Source of the DNA: Camelus dromedarius | Taxonomy: Eukaryota | Direction of reading: 5' to 3' | Length of the DNA: 64,000 bases | Assembly (NCBI RefSeq): GCF_036321535.1 | Contig: NC_087436.1 | Location: 19,842,001-19,906,000, forward strand | In this document: piece after piece, positions 1 through 10,304 of the stretch | How positions within the stretch are numbered: the stretch's first letter is position 1 | How the letters are laid out: every line of letters begins with the position of its first letter | Translations under genes and position numbers: made by a program | The notes under the pieces: model-generated | What the model was told of the DNA's origin: nothing | Database searches by the model: none | Seen by the model: the letters and a program-made list of their open reading frames with translations, nothing else

Positions 1-397
1 GCTTGGGCTGCCATAACAAAATACCATAGACTAGCTGGCTTAAATGACAGACATTTATTGTCTCACAGCTCCAGAGCCTGGAGATCTGGGGTGAGGATGC
101 CAGCAGACTCAGGTCCTGGTGAGGACTCTCTTCTTGGCTTGCAGATGGCTGTCATCTTGCTGTATCCTTACACAGCCTTTCCTGAGAAGGAGAGAGAAAG
201 AGAGACAGAGAGACAGAGAAAATAAGAGGTTTTTGGTGTTTCTTCTTATAAGGGCACTAATCCTATCAAGAGTACCCCACCCTCGTGAACTTACATTAAC
301 CTAATTAACTCCCAAAGGTGCCATCCCCAAATATCATCACATTAGGTGTTAAGGCTTCAACATACACATTTTGGGTGGGCAAAATTCAGTTTGTCAT
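1..397 (-). mobile_element. MaLR LTR, MLT1A/MLT1A0-like (cut by window start)
   Basis: GGGCTGCCATAACAAAATACCATAGACT...TTCTTATAAGGGCACTAATCC...GGCTTCAACAT resembles the MLT1A family consensus. Confidence 0.8.
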
Positions 398-699
398 GTG
401 TCTAATACTGGACTGAGGTTTCTGATTACCTATCACAAAGCCTTGTTCCCTGTTCTCAGAGTTCTTGGCTGGCCTGGCGAATCTCTATACTTTAAAGGTA
501 AATCATTATCATCATCTTAGTTTTATGGGAAATAACAAAGAAAGGTTAACTAAAATAAGCCCTAGAGTTCGGCAAACTCTACAGGGTCAAGGCTAACATC
601 CCTGTTTGCTCACCACGGCATTCCCAGTGGCTTATGCGGTGTCTGGCACAGAGCACTGCACATTCAATGTTTGGTGAATGTATGAAAGGAGCGTGGATC

Positions 700-1180
700 A
701 GTCTAGGTTCAGGCAGTGAACAGAACTGACCTCAGATGATTCAAAGGAAGAGCCTTTAAAGAAGGGACTACTTACTGGGGGGTGTGGGTAAGGTTATGGG
801 AACGGTTGAGCACTGGTGAGGCATCCAGAGACTGGCATTGGTAGGTCATTACCACTTCCAGGGCTGAAGAAACAAGGGGAGGAAATAGTGTGTCCCGAGT
901 CCAGTGAAGTGTGAACTCTGCTGTATTCATGGAGGGACAGAATTACCAGAGATAAGGCATCAAAGCAGGGGAAGGGGAAAGAACAGAGCTCCCTACCTCT
1001 CTGCCCTTCCACTCTTCCCTCCCACAAGTACCTCCTATTGGCTGACCCGACTGCACATCAAGCCAGCCAGAGAGCTTGGGTGATGCAGCCACTGGAGGTC
1101 AGTTCCTGGGTCACAGAACAGGGCAGGGGAGGGAGGACAACCGAGGGAGGCACAGGTGAAGGAAGCAGCCCAAGGCTACC
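700..1180. mobile_element. Old MaLR LTR (MLT1H-L type), diverged
   Basis: CTCCTATTGGCTGACCC...GGGTGATGCAGCCACTGGAGGTCAG...CACAGAACAGGGC resembles older MLT1 subfamilies. Confidence 0.55.
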
Positions 1181-4100
1181 TCAGCAGTGCACAGTGAAGT
1201 CCATGTCCGTTGCTGCTTATCTGAGTTCTGGTTGCTTGTAAAGATGACTTTGATCTCTTTAATAAAGTAACAATGGGCTTCTACATGGGAGTTCAGACTT
1301 GTCTTGCAGGGAACTGGAGGCCACACTTCCTGGGGAGAGTACCAGGGCATTTGGGTTTACCCCTTTCCTCTTAGACAAAGGCCAGAGTCTCTTGGCCTCT
1401 AGGACATGACATGTGGCCTATCCTCAGGCTTCTGCCAGATTGATGGAGAGAGATCCCTAGGGCTGCAGTAGGATACCGCATCGAATTATGTCTGTGACCC
1501 CAAGTGAAAGTGGCCTTGAGCAGTGTCTTAAGGCATGTGCCTCAGTTCCTCCAGCCACAGAGTGAAAAAAAGAAATCATTCAAAGTGTTGATGTGAGTAA
1601 GAATTAGACAGGTCTTGCTGATACAGTATGTCCCCCTCCTCACCGTAGGTAATTATGTTGATGCGCAGACAGAAATACTGCTGAACGGAACGCTTCTATT
1701 ATGCAAAAGGCACAACAAAGCTTCTCATGGACACCCTACAAAGAAGCACACTCTCTGGGGAGCTGGGGAAAAAGCAGTCAGCCACCTAACCTTTCTCTAA
1801 AACAGCAAACAGCCTGGCACAAAGGGAGCGGGCACCTCCTGGGGTGCAAATTTCTAGAGGCATGACCTTTGGAAATTCAGTAATTCCTGCGATGCCCGTG
1901 GTCTGCTTTTTCAGGACATCTTCACCAAGGGCAATATGGCAGCCAGGCGTGGGTGCCCTGTCGGGGTAAGAGGGGGCCAGAGGACCTGGCTCTGTGAGGC
2001 TTTCCCACAGTAAGATGTCCCTGGTGCAGTTCCTCCAGGGTAACTCCACGCGAACTTGTTAATCCATTCACCAGAGCCTGTTTACTGTGAGGACACTTGC
2101 TGAACCAGTTGGGCTTCAGATGCCAGGACAAGTGTGTGTATTGTGGTTTAACCATCCTGTTCCTTCCTGTTGTTTTGAGCAATTAGCAGGTATCTTTTTT
2201 TTTTTTTTTGTCCTAAACATTTCAGGAAATTCCATATTCCCCACTGTCCCTGGAATAAGGACTCCTGAATGCTACGTGGAAGGAGGATGGGGTTTCAGAA
2301 GCTGCCGCTGTGTAAGAGCTCGTTCTTCTAATGTGAAAATGACCCTTTTGACCTGCTGTCCGGGAGCAGGTTGGGTGACTCATGGTTTGTGCTTTAACAG
2401 TAATAGATTCGCGCTGATACCTTGACATCCTTCCAAAGTACCTACGAACCCCACTGAAAGACTTTCGTAAGACAATTAGCCCAGACCAAGTGTACCACGG
2501 GCTAACAGTGGAATGGGATCTGAAGTTGGGCTTTATAAGCACCTCTTTTCATGAAAGTAGAAACATTTTATTTTGAACTGCCTGCCATCTTTCTGCTCAG
2601 AAGGATAACACCTCCCCTCCACTGTTAGTTTTCTTCCAATAGGGTTTTTTAATCAATAGTATCTACTTTCTCAACATAGAGTTTATGTTTTTGATTTGTG
2701 AATTTTTCTCTGTAATTTTTATGAGTTTCTTGTAGCCCCCATAGCTACCCTTTATTCACATTTCAAAGAACCTTCCAGAAGCTAGTAAAATAACATTGAA
2801 ACTATGCTGAATTTTCTGGGTGCAATATTTAAAGGCACTCAAGTCCCTCATTTTTTATGTTGGTATATCAAATGCTTCTAAGTTCTGGTTTGTACAATTG
2901 GTTTACTTAAATCCACTAGGATGCACAAATACACCTTCACATCATCCTATGTTTGAGCTCAGATTTTCTGGAATAGGAGACAGTCACTAGTCAGAACTCT
3001 CAGCTAGAAGCATCACCCAAGATTTCAGTTCCTCTAGTTCCTGGTCTGTGAAATACCAGGGCTAAACCAAGTGATCTGCAAGGCATCTTCTGGCCATAGA
3101 CTCTTGTGATTTTAATTTGAAGCTCTGTTTTTCTCTCCTGATTAAAAATATTAAAGTATGAGATTAAATGATGGAAGAGAGTGAGCATATAATAGCTAAT
3201 TCCCATAGCATTATCATTTGCTGTTTTAAACGAAGGGACTTTTAATCCAATAAAAAGGCATAGCCAATCCCTTAATCAGCAAAAAGATGTTGGAGCTCAA
3301 GGTAACTAGGTCTTTCCTCCCGTGAGAAATCTAACTACATAAAATCCGACCAAAAAAATGGATGGAGGGAGATTGATGTGACTGCAGACCACAGAGATAA
3401 CCATCATGATGGGAAAAGTTTGGGGCAACCCGCATAGAACTTTTTGATTGGTTTCTGCTCCCTTTTTATTTGCGGATCACCAACAATCACGATTTGGGGT
3501 ATGCTGCTATCTTGTTCTCTGTTATTCTTGCAGTGTTACGCCACACAAGGCAAGTCTACGGAGGGAGTTGTCTGACCCTGTGAGTTGGGTAAACAACCTT
3601 ACCATGATGCCCTCGGGGGTGCCCCATAGTGAGCAGAGGGGTTGGAGAGAAGAATGGACAAAGGGAAAGGGAGACATTGCAGAGACACTGAATCAGAGCT
3701 GACTGCAGCCGGAGAGGGTCTGTGGGAGAAGCCACAATGCACGAGGGGCTTGAAAGGAGACAGCAGTATGATTTGAGGCAGGTCAGAGGGTGACTGGGTC
3801 AGGCAGCAAAGAAGTACATTAAGCGACCAGACAAATCAGTTGGAAAAATGCATGAAAGTGGGGAGCAGCTGCTTAGGGGAGTTTTTCATCCATGCAGATA
3901 AAACACAAGGCCCAGGGAAGTTAAATTGATAGAGATGTTAAGAATTCTGGCAAATGAGGCTTGGGAGACAGGAGTTTAAGTCTCAGTTGGGGTTCAAGTT
4001 TGGAATAAATAAGGCAAGACTGAGTGATCCAATCATTACAGCTGACAAGAAGGCGAGAGAAAAATAGACCACGGAAATCAGAGATCGGGAACTTGCCTAA

Positions 4101-4702
4101 ACTCAACAAGACTTATATGCCGAGATGGTGTTGAGATGAGGAACTACTGGGGAGATGCTTAAGGGAAAGATTTTGGATCCACAAGAATATGGATGAAAGA
4201 GCTCTAAAATGCCCAAAAATGTTACCTTTGCCAGGTTTTCTGTCAGGCCATGTGCTGGTCCGTCCATGAGTTTTGAAAGCGTGGTTAATCCAAATTGTGG
4301 CAAAACTTGCTGATGTCAGCCAGGCGCTGGCCTTCTAAGAACACAAGTACAGAATGCAGCAAAAGGCTCCCCCTCTGTAAATGATGGCTGGTCATCGTTA
4401 CGAGATCCTGATTTACAACACATGAGGTCCAGGCCAGGAGATACACCAGGCCCATTTCTGTGCCTTGGGACAGGGACTTACGATTTAAAATGTCAGACTT
4501 AGAGTGCTTTTGGGGTTTAGAGTGTCCCTATCTTAACTCTTGAGGAAGACGGCTCAGCCCTGGGAAACAGAGAGAGCTGGTTTGATTGTCCTAAGCGGTC
4601 TGAGGCTGGAAGAGGCTTGGGCCCTCTGTTCAGAGTAACCAGCCTCTCCACGTGGCTGGGCAATCTGTCCCAATGGCGCTTGGTGAACACCAGCTCGTCC
4701 TC

Positions 4703-5230
4703 TGTATTGGTTCATTTTATATGCCAACTGGACAGGGCTAAGGGATGTCCAGAGAGCTGGTAAAATATTATTTCTGGGTGTGTTGGTGAGGCTGTTTCTA
4801 GCAGAGATTAGCATTTGAATCTATGGACTGACTACAGAAGATTGTCCTCACCTACGAAGGTGGGCATCGTTCAATCCATGGAGGGCCTGAACAGAACAAA
4901 AGGGAAGAGGAAGGGCCAATTCACTCTGCGTGAACTGAGACCTCCGTCTTCTCCTGCCCTTGGTCACTGTAGCTCCTGACTCTTGGGCTTTCAGACCCAG
5001 ACCAGGGTGTACACAATTGGCCCCCCAGTTCTCAGGCCTTTTGACTTGGACTAAATTATACTACTGACATTCCTAGTTCTCTGTCTTGCAGATGGCAGGT
5101 CATGGGGCTTCTGGGTCTCCATAATCTCATGAATCAATCCCTATAATAAATAATTCAATAAGCAAGTAAGTAAATGAATGAATGAATGCGTGAATAATAT
5201 TTATTTCTCTGGAGAACCCTGACTGACACA
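4703..5230 (+). mobile_element. ERVL solo LTR (MLT2 family) with intact 5-bp TSD
   Basis: TG...CA termini, TCCTC at 4698-4702 and 5231-5235, and MLT2 hallmarks TATTTCTGGGTGTG, GAGATTAGCATTTGAATC, CTGGAGAACCCTGACT. Confidence 0.9.
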
Positions 5231-5426
5231 TCCTCTCGACATCTCATAAGGAATTTCACCAGGGAAGCCAGTCTTGGGACACACAAAACCAACTCTCAAT
5301 TCCTGGAGATTAGTGGGCTTCATTTTTTGAGAAGTGTTAACGTATTTACAGTTGGATTTCAAGACTAGTAAAATGCTCATAAAAGTTCTTTTTTCTCTTT
5401 AACTGCATCTCAATTAATTTTTAGGG

Positions 5427-6849
5427 CAGCAGTTCTCAAACTTTTTGGAAATCAAGACTCATTTATACTTTTAAAAGTGGTTGAGGACCCCAAAGAACTT
5501 TTGATTGTGTGGGTTATGTCTTGCCACTGACTGTATTACACATTAAAACTGCGGCATTTCTAATAAAACATTTATTTATTTATTTATTCATATATAAATA
5601 GAAATAATACATGCAATGGCAAGTTAACACATTCTTAAGAAAAATATATTTTTCAAAACCAAAGATTTAGCGAAAAAAGTGGCATTGGTTTACATTGCTG
5701 CAAATGGCATTGGTTTACATTTCTGCAAATCTCTGTAATGCCTGGCTTACTAAGAGACAAGCTGGAGTCTCATATCTGCTTTCTGCTTTCAATTTGTTGT
5801 GATATGTTGCTTTGGTTAAAGACATACATGAAGAAAAGCAAACCTCACACCACCATGTAGTTGCAGGAAGGGAGGAATATTTTAATATCCCTTTTCAGAT
5901 AATTGTGGATATTCTTCTTTGACACACCACCAAAACTTGATGACTGGTAGTTTCTTAAAAGTTACTGACAGTGTGGAATTTGAAAACCACGTCAATGACC
6001 TTTTTATACTCTTACATTAAAAGCCATTGGCTTATCTTGTACTTTAAATAGATCTTTACTACAGCATGATTTTGTAACATCATGTATTGGTCATTTGAAA
6101 AATACTGAGTTGTACATTTCTTCCAAAACGTTGGCACAATATCAAAAAGTCACATTCAGTAACATCACTATTGATCTCATCAGAAAAGTCTGTAAGAATC
6201 AGGAAGCTGTTAAACCCAAAGTGATGGATATAAGTTATCGAAAATTCTAATTTTCACTTCTAACTACAAATATTATCATTGCCTAAAAAAATACCACAAA
6301 TACTTTTCTTTGAAGCTAAGGGCTCACTTCATTCATTTTTTGAGAAATATCCAAGTCTGAATAATCACAATTTGTCTGTCAGTCATACTTTCAAGTACAA
6401 ATAATATTCCACTAAAAAGGTATCTATATCCAGCGATCTCACAAGTGATTTTCCTTGAGAAAACGGATGTACTTTGGAATGCAGTATTTTTTTATGTACC
6501 TAACATTTTGTCACAAAGAATACTTAAAAGTCTTGTACTCACAGGTAGAGTTTTAGTAACATTAATAATTTTTACTTCTCCATCAAGGACATTCTTAAAT
6601 GAACCTTCCTTTTTTCTCTAAGGGGGTAGTGGTGAAAAGAACGACCACTAATACATTTTTGGTGTCCCTGTCTTGATTTGAGCTGCGAAGGTGCCAGCAT
6701 TTTCTTTCCACTGCTTTCGATCATCATGGCAAATGTTAACACAGATAAAACAGCAAATAACATTTTGAAAATCATTTCGACCTCAACAGCCCCTCTAGAT
6801 TTCACTCGATTCCAGGGGCTACACCCCGTTACCACCCTTAGCAGCACTG
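5427..6849 (-). mobile_element. hAT-Charlie DNA transposon, Charlie1a-like (about 1.4 kb, non-autonomous)
   Basis: Starts CAGCAGTTCTCAAAC, ends CAGCACTG. Contains GAGGACCCCAAAGAACTTTTG and CTCATATCTGCTT, and is collinear with the second copy at 24228-26192. Confidence 0.85.
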
Positions 6850-6932
6850 GGGAAAGGATAGAATTCCTCCCGTGAGAGTGAGCGTTTATGAAACCTCTTC
6901 TTAGAATATACAATTCTGAGAAAATCTGTTTT

Positions 6933-7089
6933 TTATTTTATTTTATTTTATTTATTGGTGGGAGGGAGGTAATTAGGTTTGTTTGTTTGTTTGTTTATTT
7001 ATTTATTTTTAGAGTAGGTACTGGGGCTAGAACCCAGGACTTTGTGCATGCTAAGTATGCACCCTAACACTTGAGCTATACCCTTCCCA
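6933..7089 (-). mobile_element. tRNA-Ala-derived camelid-type SINE (vic-1-like)
   Basis: Minus strand reads tRNA-Ala(AGC)-like head, CCTAATTACCTCCC, A-rich tail. TSD GAGAAAATCT(G/A)TTTT at 6918 and 7090. Confidence 0.88.
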
Positions 7090-9588
7090 GAGAAAATCTA
7101 TTTTAATCTCACATTTGAGAGGTGATGGAGATGAGGGTGGAGAAAGTACTATAATTATTAAGATAAAATATGCTTTCAAAAGCTTGGGCCAAGGAGTTGA
7201 ACCGAAGAGAATATTCCACTATGATGACTATAGTCAACAGTAATCCAAGTTCCTGGATATGGGCATCCCAAAGGCACACCATCCCCAGATTATTTATCCA
7301 CTCGGTATGAAATCCATTGTAACCTTCAGCTCTTTATCTATCTAATATTTTAGGCTAGTCTAACATTAAAATTAGTTTGTGCTCCTTAACCATAGGGCAC
7401 AAGAGGGTAAGAGGCCAGTGCCCTTGATGAGCACTTTGTAGCAGAGAGAGATACCCAGCTGAGATTTCAACAGAAGTTGTTCTGTCCTTAGTTCCATTTT
7501 CTATTGTTGTGTACTACTTCAAATAATTTTTGGAAAGAGGTAGAGGTATGAATAAATTCAATTTAAAAATGTTTTTGGCTGTTGATAGAAGACCTACATA
7601 ATTAAAAGTTCACAGCATTTGCCTGCGTGCTTCTAAAAGGTCGCAGGAAATGCACTCTACTTTGAGGAAAGGCCCAAAGTGTGTTTTCAATTACAGTGTA
7701 CTAAGCATTGGAAAGCGGCAGCAATTCAGGAAAAGGTGGTGGTGTGTCTATGCAGAGTAACAGTCCTCCCTATCCCAGCCAGAGGTCCTGAGGGAGCGGC
7801 GGTGGAGCGCTAGGACTGTTCTGTTTACCGTGTTAGGATTAAGGATCCGACACACTCAGGGCAATGAGTCTATTTAGAATGATGAACTCTGATTTATCAT
7901 TCATATACTAATTTCAAGTCCAGCGCTATTGACGACAGTCAAAATCATGGCGGGTTGAGTTTGATCTGAGTTGCAAGAAAGTTCGATTTCAAATCGTTAA
8001 CTCGGGGAAATTTAACTACCAGTTGACTTAAGCCAATATTCAAGGAAGAGTTGGTTTAAGCATGATGCTCTATTTCAAGCTTGACTGCTCTCTGTTTGGT
8101 TTTAGATTGAATTCAAGCAGGTGTTTCAGAACCTGGTTCAGATTGCATTACTTGCCACTGGGAAGCTAGATCTTTCCGGGGAGTTAGCAGCAACGGTTTC
8201 ATCCTGAGACTGCATTATCAATGAAAAAGATCTTTGGGGAGACACACAGCACTCTTTAAGCTTCTCTAATAAAAGTGTGCCATATGAAAGCTTATTGTTA
8301 TTTTTGAAAGAGCACGTAGAGATTCAACCCACATGACTGTCTGGAACACCACTCCAGCTGAGAGAAGTAAGTCAGAACTTCAAAGAGGCATTAGCTATCC
8401 ACGTAAGCGTATGGAGTGTCATTTTAATGTTCTGTATCTTTGGGGTGCCTCCACCTTCTTTGATGAAAAAGTCTATTTCAAAATTTGTAAGAAAATATTT
8501 AACATAATAAGGTGATGAGTCAGAGGTTTTAAAAAGCTAAAAAGGGAAGATGTAGTTTAAAAATGCACCTTTTAATTTTTTTAGCTACATCTGACTCATG
8601 ACATATAATGTATTCTGCTAAGTTCAAAGTTTTCTCTTACAAAGAGAGTTTTATGAAACAACTCTTCTTCAGACCGTTTTTCCTTCAATTATAGTAGCAG
8701 GTTTTGGAGTTTAAATCATTAACAACCTCTGAGTGAACTTTTATCCAAATGACTGCAAGTCATAAAGAGAACAGCCCTCTTTCACCAAGTACCTTTTGTG
8801 CTGGAGTGAGACCCGTCCTTTTCTGTTTCTCCCCTTTATGTCTCTCTTTGAAGAAGAATGTGTGATTTGTAAAGTAATGACAGTATGTATCAGTTAATGA
8901 AAACTGCATATTGCACTCATAATGCAAACTGGAATTGCTTCAGGGTTAGCTTCACATACCTGCATTATAGCAGGAGAAAAAGAAAATTTCAGAAGTCAAG
9001 ATTGCTGTGTGCACTGTAGGACTATCATGTAGCAGTTAAAGCAACCATCAGGGGTGACCTAATCTTATTTTTCCCCCTTTGTGAAGGAGCTGTAATTTTC
9101 ATTTAGGCGGCATTTTCCAGATTTAACTCCTCTGGACACTCCAAAACTGGGCACTTACTCCATCTAGTTATTGATTTCACCATATGTTATCTTTTTATTT
9201 TATTTTTTTGGTTATTTTTATTGGACTGTTTTTGGAGAGTGTGTGGAAGACTGTAACCTCCACAGACTTAAGGTGATGGGGTGAGAGAGCACTTCTTTTG
9301 GTGACAAAAGACTGAAGATTTTTAAACAGAACAAAACGAAGTTTAATAAACAAAAGAGAGTTAAAAAGAAAAGCCGATTTCCTTTTTAAAAATGAGTAAG
9401 AATAATGAACTAATCGTTGTTTAAAGAGTGGGGAAAACTTTTTTCCCCCTAGATGTGGCGAATAGCGGGATAAATTCGAAGAACTCCATCCCACCCCCGC
9501 ACGCGCGCCCCCCATTCTTTCCAGACAGAGCGGTTGCAAATCCCAGGCTGAGTCCGCCCTGGGAGCCTTAGGGCACCTTCCTCTTTGC

Positions 9589-9594
9589 TGTGTG

Positions 9595-9642
<48 letters not shown>

Positions 9643-9753
9643 TGTGTGTGTGCGTGCGCGTGTGTGTGTCTAGCTCTCCCTCTTTCCTTCAGTCTGTGCC
9701 TCTGTGTGTGTGTGTGTGTGTGACAGAGAGAGAGAGAGCGCGAGAGGAGAGAG

Positions 9754-9785
<32 letters not shown>

Positions 9786-9793
9786 CAAGAGAG
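9589..9793. repeat. Compound promoter microsatellite (TG)n / (TG)n / (AG)n
   Basis: TG runs at 9589-9669 and 9703-9722, then an interrupted AG run at about 9725-9793. Confidence 0.95.
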
Positions 9794-10261
9794 CGAGCTG
9801 TGAGCTGTGCTGCCGCCGCCGCTGCCCTTTGATCCCGACATTAGTGTTAGGGGCTCGGAGACACAGAGCGCGGCCATAGACACCGCCGCACCGGCACTCA
9901 TTTATTTATACCTCCCATCACACTCGCGAGCATAGGACACACACACAGACACACACACTCACACCTATTAGATCCGTTTCCATTGAAGAATATTACGCTC
10001 GGGGACAAGCCAGGTGCACGACCAAAAATTAAAAAAAAAAAAAGGGAAAAAAGAAAGGAAAGAAAAGAAGAAAACCCCTCTTCTGGCTCCAGGAAACAAG
10101 CTTCAACCCATTGCACACACCGGAGAGAAGGGGTTTCCCCCTGCCCGCCCGCTCGCCCCCCAACTACCTCCCCGCTCCTGCCAGTGTCTGCCTCTCTGCC
10201 CCCACGGGGGTTTATTTGATCTCACATTAACCAAGGAGGAGAATGTGAGAAAAGGGGGAAA

Positions 10262-10304
10262 ATGCCCAGGAGGAAGCAGGAGCAGCCCAAGCGCCTTCCC
10301 TCAC
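10262..10304 (+). CDS. ZNF827: ZNF827 coding exon 1 (MPRRKQEQPKRLPS + 1 nt), NuRD-binding N-terminal motif
   Basis: ATG at 10262 (A at -3), 43 nt, consensus donor C|GTAAGT at 10305. C + AT of exon 2 gives His, producing MPRRKQEQPKRLPSHVSRQEEAEG, the recognised ZNF827 N-terminus. Too short for the ORF track. Confidence 0.96.

Noticed and set aside
5427..6913. Intact or domesticated transposase in the Charlie element
   Set aside because: No long ORF; a decayed internally deleted copy.
9195..9788. 197-aa minus-strand ORF
   Set aside because: Largely translation of microsatellites (HT/SL repeats).
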